64,000 nt of DNA from a virus. Every line of letters begins with the position of its first letter. Within the stretch, counting starts at the first letter, position 1. Of the stretch, positions 48,464 to 57,841 are shown one piece after another. Where the stretch lies: positions 4,136-68,135 of the IMG/VR virus record IMGVR_UViG_3300027896_000032, one strand, 5' to 3'. The position numbers and the translations under genes are program-made. The notes beneath the pieces are model-generated. The model saw only the letters and a program-made list of their open reading frames with translations. It ran no database searches and was not told the origin of the DNA.

Positions 48464-48645
48464 AAAAAGAACAGCCCGAAAGCCTGATCGAGAAAATCAG
48501 CGGCATAGTAATTATCATCCTGATCATTCTGGGCCTGATGATAGCTTTTAAAAAAGAAGATGAAAAAACCAGAAAAGCAATTGACAAAATGCACTATTGC
48601 CAGATGCACAAATTATCACCCGAATGTGGCGGCATGCTCCGCTAA
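48460..48645 (+). CDS. Small single-TM protein
   Basis: ISGIVIIILIILGLMIAF hydrophobic helix. Confidence 0.6.
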   Translation: MKKEQPESLIEKISGIVIIILIILGLMIAFKKEDEKTRKAIDKMHYCQMHKLSPECGGMLR

Positions 48646-48687
48646 AAAAAAACGGCACCCCTGCCGAAATAGGGAGGATTAGAGACC

Positions 48688-49179
48688 ATGAATGCAGACG
48701 AACGCCGCAGCAAAACCATTAGCATGATCGAGGACTTCAACAACGACGCCAGGCGAACCGGGAGGGACTACAAGCCGGCCAGCAGCGCGGAACAATGCGC
48801 GGACGAAATGGAAGCGGAAGGGTATTCGATAGTTGGATACCTGGACCCGGACGGTCCACACCCCGACGCCGTTGTAATGTTCAATCCGGACAAACTGCCC
48901 GCAGGACAGACGGTAAGCACATCCTTCGGAATTCGCGCGATCTACTACTGCCCGATCTGCGAACGCTGGTATATGGACACGCCGCCGCTGCCGAAAGAAA
49001 TGCACCGCGCCGGACTCAAAACCAATCACCACACGCTATGCCGTGATTGCTCGACTAAGATCGCGGAACTGGCGCAGACGTGCCGCCCGGAAACACAGAC
49101 GCAACCCACGCCAGCACAGCACCGCCCAGGCCCGCGCACGTGGACGCCGTTCATACCGGCACCCAACAGCCTGCAATAA
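48688..49179 (+). CDS. Hypothetical Zn-finger protein
   Basis: CPICERW...HTLCRDC; GGGAGG RBS. Confidence 0.7.
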   Translation: MNADERRSKTISMIEDFNNDARRTGRDYKPASSAEQCADEMEAEGYSIVGYLDPDGPHPDAVVMFNPDKLPAGQTVSTSFGIRAIYYCPICERWYMDTPPLPKEMHRAGLKTNHHTLCRDCSTKIAELAQTCRPETQTQPTPAQHRPGPRTWTPFIPAPNSLQ

Positions 49180-49201
49180 CAACCACGAAACGAGGAACGC
49201 C

Positions 49202-49540
49202 ATGGAAACACCTTTTGAAAGACGCAAACGACTATCACGCGATGAAGTAATAGAGTTCTTAGCTTCGCCGCACAAAGCCGCGCTTGCATTGCAGGGCGCA
49301 CACCCGGCGAAAAGCAAACACACCCCACGACTGCAAATAAAAATCACCGGTAATCCTGAATATGCAATACGGCTTGCGGCCATGATTAGAGGGTTCGACA
49401 TGGATGCACCCATGGCCGTGCCCGCCATACAGAGCATCGGCATGGCAAAAGTTGAAACCGACCGGATAGACCCGGCCGGCGACGTATTCGCGGGGGACGC
49501 GATCAAAATCTACATCAACTATAAGCAGATACGGCCATGA
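49202..49540 (+). CDS. Hypothetical protein
   Basis: Probable start METPF with GAGG RBS. Confidence 0.6.
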   Translation: METPFERRKRLSRDEVIEFLASPHKAALALQGAHPAKSKHTPRLQIKITGNPEYAIRLAAMIRGFDMDAPMAVPAIQSIGMAKVETDRIDPAGDVFAGDAIKIYINYKQIRP

Positions 49541-49749
49541 AGAAAATCACCATCATACAACGCGCCGGAGACCCGCGCCCGCGGCGCATGTTCCGCCCGG
49601 CGGACTCCCGCGCGCGCCAGGAGCACCGGCAGCAGGGCCAGGGAGCCGATGAAACGCCGTATATCGGGGAGTGCTTTAACGCCTTGGCAGAAGAACAGCG
49701 CCGACGGTTTGAAAAATTTTTCCACGACATGAACACCATTTTGAATTGA
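49537..49749 (+). CDS. Small hypothetical protein
   Basis: ATGA coupling. Confidence 0.5.
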   Translation: MKKITIIQRAGDPRPRRMFRPADSRARQEHRQQGQGADETPYIGECFNALAEEQRRRFEKFFHDMNTILN

Positions 49750-49761
49750 GAGGATTAGGCC

Positions 49762-52700
49762 ATGGCACGCCCAACAGCCGGAGAAAAATTGACGCTGGAC
49801 CTGATGTTTGAACTTGCCGCCGAAATCGACGCGGAGACGCCACCAGTGCCCACAAAGCCGACGCCGCCACCGCTGGCCACCGGCGACCTGGCCACGATTC
49901 CGCGCGTGCTACTGAACGAATACGCCCTTGAATATGCAGAGTATTACACAGCAAACGCCATGCAGCCGCCAGCGGAAGTCCGGCGCGTCTTAGAGGCATA
50001 TACTGGCCGTGGAGGCATCGAGAGCAGCCAGGAAAGCTTAGGACAGTATTTCACGCCATATCCGGTATGTAAAATGATCGTCGACATGCTCGACATGCAG
50101 CCGGGGGATACCGTTTTTGATCCGACGTGCGGAGCCGGCCGATTTTTCAAAAGCCTGCCGCCCGGCGTCGACGCGGTCGGAATTGAGATCGACCCGGACG
50201 CCGCCCGGATAGCCCATCTTCTTTATCCGCAATATACGATTGATTGTGCAGACATAAAAAACAATCTGCACCTTAGAGAAGCTTTTGACTTTGTAGCGGG
50301 AAACCCGCCGTTCGGCCTATGGTGGAACGTGGAACCGCAGAAATGGAACCTGGCCAGCGCCGCCGGAAAGATTGTCAGCCAATGGGCCTGCTTTGAAATA
50401 GCCATCAAAGCCGTGAAGCCCGGCGGCGTTGTCGCGCTCGTGGTGCCGTCCTCGACGTTCGAGAACGACCGCCCGGCGGATAACCGAGCCCGCGAGTTTT
50501 TCGATTCCTCTTGCTTGATCAGGGCAAAAGTCGATCTGCCTGGGGATGCGTTCAAGGATAGCGGAACCACCTGGCCATGTTCTTTCCTTTTGATTCAGCG
50601 ATACCCGGCCGAAAATGCCGTGCCATTCCGGGAATCACTGAAAAGATTCGAGTGCCCGAGCACCATAGTGGACGCATGGAAACAGTCCCCCGCGTTCGCG
50701 GCCATGAAAAAACAAATCCGGATTGAACTTGTCAAAAAGAAAACCGCCATCACCATAAACACGGAATTCGAGAAAGAGCGCGAAGAATTCAACCACTTCT
50801 TAGAGTTGAAAGACGAAGAAATCCCGAATAGCCGCGATACGATTCTAATATCCCGGCAGGGGCACAAATTGAAATTACAGCCCGTGGGGGCAATCGCGGC
50901 GTGCAAGTTGGCGGAGTGGTCCGGCGACTGGAAAACGGAAAGAAAAGCGACGCGGCTACTTTCCGTAAACCACCTGGTTATGCATGAAGGACTAAAAGGA
51001 CTGACGGACTTGAATTTAACACTGAAAATCGATCCGGCATTCCTGCAATTCCTGAAAGGGAAACGGAAATTCTTTCAAAAAGAATCGATCAGAATGACCG
51101 ACTTAGCGGATAAGAAACCTGAAATATACAAACGCAATCTACAGCGCATCGAGGACGCGGGAATCTGGGATAAGCTTTTTCCGTACCAACGGCACGACGC
51201 AGCCATACACGCAATCAAGAACTACTCGTTTTTAGGATACATACAGGGGTTAGGCAAGACACGGACGGGGATAGCGATAGCCATGATTAAACAGACGCAG
51301 AGCAATTTGTTTATCTGTTATTCCCGGCTAACAAAAGTATGGTTCGATGAAATGGTATTGATGGGAATTCCCGCCGATGATATATGTATAATCAAGAACC
51401 ATAATGATCTAAAAAGCATAAAGAAATGGAATATAGTTTCCTTTGAGACATTGCGAAAACAGGATAAAAACGATCCGCCTGTTGTGTGTCCGAAATGCGG
51501 GAATATCGTGAAAGGGAAAATCTGCACCGCGCCTAATACTGATCGAACGTCTGACAAATCCACTTGCGGTTGGAACCGTTTCACCGATGCGACGTGTCCG
51601 AATAAGAAATGCAAATCCCACAAAGCCGACGGCGTGAACCACTACACCGGCCGTTACTGCCCGGATTGCGGGTATTCACATATCGACTGGAAGCCGGGTA
51701 TTTACAAACGGATGCAGAAACTGTTTTCCCTGATCTGCGTTGATGAGTCCCAGGCGTCAAAGAACAAGAACAGCCAGCAGGGGCAGGCATTGCGCACACT
51801 GAAAGCAAAGCACAAGATTATATTGACCGGCACCCTCTTAGAAAACTATATCGCGGAAGCGTTCTGGCAACTGTACTGGCTCTTAGGCGGCGGCAGCGCA
51901 CGTTTTCCGTATTCGTTCAAGGGCGGACACAATGCGTTCTGCAATCAGTATGCCGTGTACGAATCCACAAAGCAGGGGCGGCGCCGCATGATGCCGGACG
52001 TTAAGAATGTCGAAACATTCTGGAGTATGATGGATACCCTTATGACGCGCCGAACGGAGAAAGACAAGGACGTTAAAGACATAATCAACCTGCCCGACGC
52101 CAACGAGGTCCGCGTAAATATCGCACCGACCGAACCGGAGAAACAGCTTTACGAAAAAGTATTTGACGATTTCGAAAACTGGTATGAGGCGCAACTTGCC
52201 GCGCGGGATGAATTGCCATACTGGAAACAGGGGGAATTCACAGCCAAGCTTTCATCGCTGGTACTCGTGAAACTCAATGCGTTAAGAATGGTTTCATCCT
52301 GTCCATACAGGTATGACGATTACACGGGCAACGGTACGGCAAAATCGGAATTCGTGCTTGACATTGTGAAAAGAAAATTAGCGGAAGGAAAGAAGCTTCT
52401 CATATCGTCGGCGTTCAAGGATTGCGTGGAATACCTGGCCGGCAAGATACCGGGCGCGGAATTCTTTCATGGGGAAATGCCGATAGCGCAACGGAATATA
52501 ATTATGGAACGGTTTCAAAAGGGAGACGATTTAAAGGTTTTGTGCGTGACTACGCAATGCTGCAATTTAGGCGTGACGTTGACACAGGCGCAGACGTGCT
52601 TGATCTATGACTTCTTATGGTCTCCGAAAGCCATGGAGCAAATGTGGAAGCGCGTTCACCGTGTCGGGCAGACACAGGAAGTTGATATTGTGTACCTGAT

Positions 52701-52869
52701 AAATCAGGGGATGATCGATGAGGACATGAATAAACTGGTTACGCAGAAAGAAGGAGCGATAGATCGCGCGATGGATCATGTAATGGAGAGCAGCAAGGGG
52801 GAAGTATTCAGCCCCATAGAATTCGCGGAAGCCCTGATTCGCGGCCGCAAAAACAAAAAGAGAGGATGA
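49762..52869 (+). CDS. N6-adenine DNA methyltransferase fused to SNF2 helicase with Zn-ribbon insert
   Basis: GQYFTP, FDPTCGAG and GNPPF MTase motifs; QGLGKT, VDESQ, LTGT and RVHRVGQ SF2 motifs; multiple CxxC pairs. Confidence 0.9.
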   Translation: MARPTAGEKLTLDLMFELAAEIDAETPPVPTKPTPPPLATGDLATIPRVLLNEYALEYAEYYTANAMQPPAEVRRVLEAYTGRGGIESSQESLGQYFTPYPVCKMIVDMLDMQPGDTVFDPTCGAGRFFKSLPPGVDAVGIEIDPDAARIAHLLYPQYTIDCADIKNNLHLREAFDFVAGNPPFGLWWNVEPQKWNLASAAGKIVSQWACFEIAIKAVKPGGVVALVVPSSTFENDRPADNRAREFFDSSCLIRAKVDLPGDAFKDSGTTWPCSFLLIQRYPAENAVPFRESLKRFECPSTIVDAWKQSPAFAAMKKQIRIELVKKKTAITINTEFEKEREEFNHFLELKDEEIPNSRDTILISRQGHKLKLQPVGAIAACKLAEWSGDWKTERKATRLLSVNHLVMHEGLKGLTDLNLTLKIDPAFLQFLKGKRKFFQKESIRMTDLADKKPEIYKRNLQRIEDAGIWDKLFPYQRHDAAIHAIKNYSFLGYIQGLGKTRTGIAIAMIKQTQSNLFICYSRLTKVWFDEMVLMGIPADDICIIKNHNDLKSIKKWNIVSFETLRKQDKNDPPVVCPKCGNIVKGKICTAPNTDRTSDKSTCGWNRFTDATCPNKKCKSHKADGVNHYTGRYCPDCGYSHIDWKPGIYKRMQKLFSLICVDESQASKNKNSQQGQALRTLKAKHKIILTGTLLENYIAEAFWQLYWLLGGGSARFPYSFKGGHNAFCNQYAVYESTKQGRRRMMPDVKNVETFWSMMDTLMTRRTEKDKDVKDIINLPDANEVRVNIAPTEPEKQLYEKVFDDFENWYEAQLAARDELPYWKQGEFTAKLSSLVLVKLNALRMVSSCPYRYDDYTGNGTAKSEFVLDIVKRKLAEGKKLLISSAFKDCVEYLAGKIPGAEFFHGEMPIAQRNIIMERFQKGDDLKVLCVTTQCCNLGVTLTQAQTCLIYDFLWSPKAMEQMWKRVHRVGQTQEVDIVYLINQGMIDEDMNKLVTQKEGAIDRAMDHVMESSKGEVFSPIEFAEALIRGRKNKKRG

Positions 52870-53099
52870 ATAGTATGAATTACGGACTAAATATAATGGA
52901 TGATAAAATAGCGGTTATTTATTTTAAAAAAGTTCGGTCAAAACAAAGCAGAATAGGAACAATGTGCTATGCTAATATTGTAGCCATATTCTACATGCCC
53001 CATATTCCCAACGAACAAATAAAAAAGAAAATCAAATCCCAAGCAACAAGATATGCTAAATATTTAGAATCTTTGCAAGATAACGAAATTTATTTCTGA
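52866..53099 (+). CDS. Small basic protein, paralog A
   Basis: Shares IVAIFYxPHI...KKKI..QA.xY.xxL with the next gene. Confidence 0.6.
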   Translation: MNSMNYGLNIMDDKIAVIYFKKVRSKQSRIGTMCYANIVAIFYMPHIPNEQIKKKIKSQATRYAKYLESLQDNEIYF

Positions 53100-53112
53100 G
53101 GAGGATATTGCA

Positions 53113-53325
53113 ATGTACTATTGGATGGAAGAACACAGAAACCATGTATCAGTAATTCAGTCATCGCACTACCAAGACCATCAACGAAGCCACGGGGATG
53201 TTGTTGCAATATTCTATTTTCCCCATATTTACACTCAGAAAACAAAGAAAAAAATCCTAAAACAAGCAGAAAAATACCTCAAGTTTTTGCGAGAACTTGA
53301 AGTGATTGGAATGACATTTAGATAA
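53113..53325 (+). CDS. Small basic protein, paralog B
   Basis: GGAGG RBS; similarity to the previous gene. Confidence 0.65.
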   Translation: MYYWMEEHRNHVSVIQSSHYQDHQRSHGDVVAIFYFPHIYTQKTKKKILKQAEKYLKFLRELEVIGMTFR

Positions 53326-53339
53326 GAAGGATCGAAATC

Positions 53340-53786
53340 ATGCTTCCGAGCCAAAGAAAAAAACTTAGCGGAATCAATAAAAAAGACGATGGATTCATAG
53401 AGGCAATCTATGAGGAATTATTTAAAGATGAGCTTTGGGATATTGCGCCTGTCGTTCCAGCCATTACAAAGAATTATGATGATTTTACAGATTGGATAGA
53501 AACAGAAAAATTGAGACCTAACCCGACGAAAAGAAAGATAAAATGCCGCCATTACCGGAAGAAAAAAAACAAAACGGTTGCGTTTGTCCCTCAACGGAAT
53601 GGAATTGACAAAATAGAAATCAACTCTATTATGGATATTATAAATATCATGGAAAATTGCCAACACAAAATAGACGCAAATTCTACTATCGCATCATTAA
53701 GAAAGAACAATCCTAAAGCCTATAATGATTATATAAATGAAATACATAAAGGAATAAAAATTAGCCATCAAAAAAAAGGAGAATAA
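53340..53786 (+). CDS. Hypothetical protein (AT-rich)
   Basis: 148-aa ORF with AAGGA RBS. Confidence 0.6.
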   Translation: MLPSQRKKLSGINKKDDGFIEAIYEELFKDELWDIAPVVPAITKNYDDFTDWIETEKLRPNPTKRKIKCRHYRKKKNKTVAFVPQRNGIDKIEINSIMDIINIMENCQHKIDANSTIASLRKNNPKAYNDYINEIHKGIKISHQKKGE

Positions 53787-53787
53787 T

Positions 53788-54039
53788 ATGAAATTACTTG
53801 CAAAAGTAGTAGACCATGAACATAGCGATGGAGATACAGACATGGTGGAACTATGGGAAACACCGGCAGGATTAAGAATAAAAGAATATCTCTTAAAAAA
53901 AGCTGGCAATAATGGCAAAGGAGAAAAGACTTGTGAGCAATGGTATAAGGTTAAATCTGTTTCTGACTCGGAAGGCCAATTGCTCGAAGAATTGTCAGAC
54001 TTTTCTAAAAAATCAAAATCGCAAAAGGAGACTGATTAA
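53788..54039 (+). CDS. Hypothetical protein
   Basis: GGGAG RBS; 83 aa. Confidence 0.6.
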   Translation: MKLLAKVVDHEHSDGDTDMVELWETPAGLRIKEYLLKKAGNNGKGEKTCEQWYKVKSVSDSEGQLLEELSDFSKKSKSQKETD

Positions 54040-54041
54040 TC

Positions 54042-54746
54042 ATGCCAAAACTCAACTACGACAAGAAAACAGGAAACGTTTCAATCGGTCGGTACTCCTG
54101 GGACGGCTACGACGCCACACGGTACAAACCGATCTACATGCTGCAATGCGAGTGCGGCTTTCCACTGAAGGTGTATTTCAAAGGCCGTGTTCCCTCGAAG
54201 GTGCGTGACCTGGAGTTAGAGTCGTATTCCAGTACGGAAAACTATAAACTGGTTTTCTATACCGATCAGGCATGGGGGATAGCCAATCAGCATAACAAGT
54301 GCCCGGCGTGCAGCAAACAAATTTTCATAGGGCCGAATTTGGAAACGGCCGTGACCGCGGCGATACTGAAAGTGTTCTATACCTATGACTACGGAAAGAA
54401 AAAACTACCGAAAGCGTTGATAACGCATATCCTGTTGTGTCTCGATCATTCACTGGTAAAAAAACGGTTGGTAGTGAACAAGGAAGCCATAGCCGGCCGT
54501 GACGATTATGTCGTGATTCACAAAGAGGAAGTTGACGGATGGAAACCGGAGGGGGAGACTTATAAGGAATGGGAAAAGCGCGTCGAGAATGAAATGAAGA
54601 AACTGCGCGCGCTGCTGAAACTGCCGGAAGAAATAACGGACGCGATGTTACAGGAAGCCGCCGACGCAAAGGGAATATTCGATTACGGAATTGAAGCCTT
54701 GGCAAGCCACGACGAAAATTGCACGTGTAATTTGTGCATGAGATAA
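54042..54746 (+). CDS. Hypothetical Zn-binding protein
   Basis: CECG...CPAC and terminal HDENCTCNLC; AAGGAG RBS. Confidence 0.7.
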   Translation: MPKLNYDKKTGNVSIGRYSWDGYDATRYKPIYMLQCECGFPLKVYFKGRVPSKVRDLELESYSSTENYKLVFYTDQAWGIANQHNKCPACSKQIFIGPNLETAVTAAILKVFYTYDYGKKKLPKALITHILLCLDHSLVKKRLVVNKEAIAGRDDYVVIHKEEVDGWKPEGETYKEWEKRVENEMKKLRALLKLPEEITDAMLQEAADAKGIFDYGIEALASHDENCTCNLCMR

Positions 54747-54750
54747 CAAC

Positions 54751-55425
54751 ATGAAAATACTAATTGCTTGCGAGTTTTCAGGAATAGTTAGAGCCGCTTT
54801 TGTAGCGCGTGGACATGAAGCCTGGAGTTGCGATTTATTGCCATCGGAACGTCGCGGAAATCACATTCAGGACGACGTGCGCAAGGTTCTAAACGGGGGG
54901 GGGCAATGGGACATGCTAATCGCGCACCCGGAATGCACACATCTTGCCGTTAGTGGAGCACGTTATTTCGCGGAGAAACGAGCGGACGGCAGACAGCAAG
55001 CCGCCATTGAATTCTTTATGGAAATGATTAACGCCGACATTCCCAGAATAGCAGTCGAAAACCCTGTCTGCATTATGTCAACTATTTATCGAAAACCAGA
55101 CCAGATAATACAGCCTTATCAATTCGGGCACTCGGAGAGCAAAAAAACCTGTTTGTGGCTAAAAGGATTGCCGCTGCTTACTCCGACAAAGTTGGTCGAA
55201 CCGACTTACCACACAAACCCTGATGGAACAATCTACACCGACAGTAAAGGGGCAAAATATTCCGAAACGCATTTCAGAACTTTCAGCGATAAATACAAAC
55301 GATGGGATAATCAAACACCGAGCGGCCAGAATAAATTATCGCCGGGACCGGAACGCTGGAAAATACGTTCTCGGACGTACACCGGAATAGCGGAAGCCAT
55401 GGCGAAGCAATGGGGAAGCCTATGA
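54751..55425 (+). CDS. Phage DNA cytosine-methyltransferase-like protein
   Basis: KILIACEFSG, WSCD, IAHPECT, VENP, KKTCLWL and RSRTYTGIAEAMAKQW motifs. Confidence 0.8.
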   Translation: MKILIACEFSGIVRAAFVARGHEAWSCDLLPSERRGNHIQDDVRKVLNGGGQWDMLIAHPECTHLAVSGARYFAEKRADGRQQAAIEFFMEMINADIPRIAVENPVCIMSTIYRKPDQIIQPYQFGHSESKKTCLWLKGLPLLTPTKLVEPTYHTNPDGTIYTDSKGAKYSETHFRTFSDKYKRWDNQTPSGQNKLSPGPERWKIRSRTYTGIAEAMAKQWGSL

Positions 55426-55814
55426 GACGCAACCCGTCGCGCAATCCGCGCACCATCATCGACCCGTCGCTACTCATACCCACCGCCGACGTGGCCCAGG
55501 AATTAGGGATTACGAAAGCCAGAGTTCGAAATCTGGCTCACAACAAAAAACTAATGATGTTCAAATGCTGGAATCCTATAACACAGCGGCACGCCCTGTT
55601 TACGACACGAAAACAATTGAATATGTACAAGGAATTGCGCGATCAGCTACCGGACAGATTCGACCCCGTCCACATCCAAATGGAAAACGCTCTTTGGCGG
55701 GAAGCACAACGCCGACGAGAGAAAATAATTAGAGCCATTATACTTGCACGCGCGGAGAAAGAAAGATTGCTGCATCCAGCCGACAACCCAAACAACAGTA
55801 GAAAAAAGCCTTGA
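55422..55814 (+). CDS. HTH DNA-binding protein
   Basis: TADVAQELGITKARVRNL helix-turn-helix. Confidence 0.7.
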   Translation: MRRNPSRNPRTIIDPSLLIPTADVAQELGITKARVRNLAHNKKLMMFKCWNPITQRHALFTTRKQLNMYKELRDQLPDRFDPVHIQMENALWREAQRRREKIIRAIILARAEKERLLHPADNPNNSRKKP

Positions 55815-56231
55815 ATAATCAATATCAGCATTCACGGATATAAATATGTCCGGTATTCGTTTGAGCCTGAACAGCCGCGCCGGCACCACGAGTGATTCAG
55901 CCTTGAGATATTTATTAGCGAAGACCCGCACGACAAATCTTTGTTTTGTTACAGAACAGCCATACTGGAAATCGGGCAGATCGTATAATTTCTGCGCTGC
56001 CCGATTCCCCAACGAACAATTCAATTTGTACTGAAAATGCGAGTCCTGCACGTACTCGGGAATATGCTGCTGAATAACCAGATCGTTCCCGTACACCCCT
56101 TGAGCATGGCGGACAGCATCGAGGATTTCACCCTGGCTGAAGTTCACCGGAATCCACGTGTCCGGATAACGACCGTACTGGAAGTGTTCCACCCACCACG
56201 TCTTGTTTTCTCGATAGTCGCCTTGTCGCAT
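55647..56231 (-). CDS. Hypothetical protein
   Basis: Probable start MRQGDY coupled to the PolX stop; 3' end overlaps the convergent HTH gene. Confidence 0.5.
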   Translation of the reverse strand: MRQGDYRENKTWWVEHFQYGRYPDTWIPVNFSQGEILDAVRHAQGVYGNDLVIQQHIPEYVQDSHFQYKLNCSLGNRAAQKLYDLPDFQYGCSVTKQRFVVRVFANKYLKAESLVVPARLFRLKRIPDIFISVNADIDYSRLFSTVVWVVGWMQQSFFLRACKYNGSNYFLSSALCFPPKSVFHLDVDGVESVR

Positions 56232-56803
56232 CAGCCCATATTCCCCGGCGCCCTCGGAGCCTTGCCGCCGACGTACCACACCGGCCGGCCAGTCGCCTTG
56301 TCGATTTCCCGGTCTTCCGGCCGTACAGTCGGAATGTCCAGATTCTTGAATACGTCGCCCTCGAAGACCACCGGGACCGCCCGCGTCTTCGCCCGGTCGT
56401 AAAACAACCCGCTTCCATCGGCGGCGAGGTACATGCCGCGATCCTTCGCACGGGTGCACAGATATACGTTGTGTTCCGCGCTGCCCGTCCGAATCAGGGT
56501 CAACAACGGAAAGTTCTTCGCCGTGGCAAAGTACAAATCTATCGGCGCGTGCCCTTGGTAATTGAACCGCCCGATCTTCTCGCCCCATTTCGGCTTTGTA
56601 TCATCAGTCGAGAATTCCAGCGGATGGAAAGACAGGCATAATGCTTTCAGGCTATCCATGTCGTTCGGCACCAGCACGATGTCGATGTCTTTCACTTCCG
56701 GACGTCCGCGGCGTATCGACCCGCACACCATCGACTTGTCGCAGAACGGAGCAATCAGTTCCATCATTTCAGCGGCCATTAATTTTGCTTCCTGTAGATT
56801 CAT
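56231..56803 (-). CDS. Minimal family X DNA polymerase (palm plus thumb only)
   Basis: GSIRRGRPEVKDIDIV, IDL, TGSAEHN and RPEDRE motifs; 190 aa. Confidence 0.88.
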   Translation of the reverse strand: MNLQEAKLMAAEMMELIAPFCDKSMVCGSIRRGRPEVKDIDIVLVPNDMDSLKALCLSFHPLEFSTDDTKPKWGEKIGRFNYQGHAPIDLYFATAKNFPLLTLIRTGSAEHNVYLCTRAKDRGMYLAADGSGLFYDRAKTRAVPVVFEGDVFKNLDIPTVRPEDREIDKATGRPVWYVGGKAPRAPGNMG

Positions 56804-57381
56804 AACGGTAGTTCCCCCGGTAATGGTTTTCCCGCCTTTATTAGTCGGCGGTTTTTCGCTTTCTGCACCCTCTTGATAGTCTTTTCCTCTTGCCGGTGCG
56901 CAAATATGCCCTCTTTTTGCAACGTGCAGTACGCCGACGCAATCGCTATGGCGTCCGCCTCGTCTTCCGATTCGACACTCAACCCGAACTCAAGCCGCAC
57001 CTGCGCCCGTATCGCGTCCTTATCGGCCTTCCCCGACGACGTGAACGCCTTTTTTATCTCCGTGGGGGATAGAGGCTTCACGCCACCGATTCCGCGTGTC
57101 AGGCCCGCATACATGCACGCCCCGACCATGTAGGAAATCAGCTTGCCGGTCATGGCGTTTTTCCAGAAGAACGATTCCTCGATAACGAGAATGTCGATTG
57201 TCGCCGGGTCGAACTGTTTGTAGAGAAGCTGCACGCCGGCCGCGATGCGCATGTACACGCTCATTTTGTCGGACAGCGGAATGACGCCATGATTCAGCAG
57301 CTTTTCCGTGTCGTAGTCCATGACGGCGAAACCGATGTTAGCCGTCGATGCGTCAACCCCCAGAACTGTCTTCGTCGGCAC
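56800..57381 (-). CDS. ruvC: RuvC-like Holliday junction resolvase
   Basis: LGVDAS, LVIEE, GKADK and DEADAIAIA motifs. Confidence 0.9.
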   Translation of the reverse strand: MPTKTVLGVDASTANIGFAVMDYDTEKLLNHGVIPLSDKMSVYMRIAAGVQLLYKQFDPATIDILVIEESFFWKNAMTGKLISYMVGACMYAGLTRGIGGVKPLSPTEIKKAFTSSGKADKDAIRAQVRLEFGLSVESEDEADAIAIASAYCTLQKEGIFAHRQEEKTIKRVQKAKNRRLIKAGKPLPGELPL

Positions 57382-57559
57382 GTCGTATCTCCTTTCTTAT
57401 TTTCTTCCAGAGTTTGTGAACCCGCTTTTCTTCCGAATGGATTATTTCGTTGACCTCCGAACCTTCAACCGTTTTCTTGCGGGCACGCCACAACTCGTAT
57501 TCTATATCTGATAATACAATCGCTATATTGCCGAGCTTCAATCCCACGTCATTCACCAC
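57353..57559 (-). CDS. Small hypothetical protein
   Basis: Operon-packed ORF. Confidence 0.5.
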   Translation of the reverse strand: MVNDVGLKLGNIAIVLSDIEYELWRARKKTVEGSEVNEIIHSEEKRVHKLWKKIRKEIRRADEDSSGG

Positions 57560-57562
57560 CTT

Positions 57563-57841
57563 TCATATCTTCACGTCGCCCCAACCCAACGCGCCGGCGG
57601 TCACTCCGCACATCGGGCATTCCGGCTTCGGGTCTGTCTTTCCTCTCCACTGTTTCACATCCTTTTCATGGAACGGTTCCTTGCAAAAACAGCACCAGAA
57701 TTTATAACCGTCGGCATCCATGTATTCCTGTAAATTCAGGCCGGTAATTTCGGGAGCATCATCGGCAGGGGGCGGATCGTCTTTGAACGCGCGGTCACGG
57801 TCCAGCAGCCAATCAAGATATTTGTCCTCTTCATTCTCCAT
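57563..57841 (-). CDS. Small Zn-ribbon protein
   Basis: CCFC...CPMCG. Confidence 0.6.
   Translation of the reverse strand: MENEEDKYLDWLLDRDRAFKDDPPPADDAPEITGLNLQEYMDADGYKFWCCFCKEPFHEKDVKQWRGKTDPKPECPMCGVTAGALGWGDVKI

Noticed and set aside
46609-48609. Long - strand ORFs opposite the AAA module
   Set aside because: Shadow frames of well-supported + strand genes.
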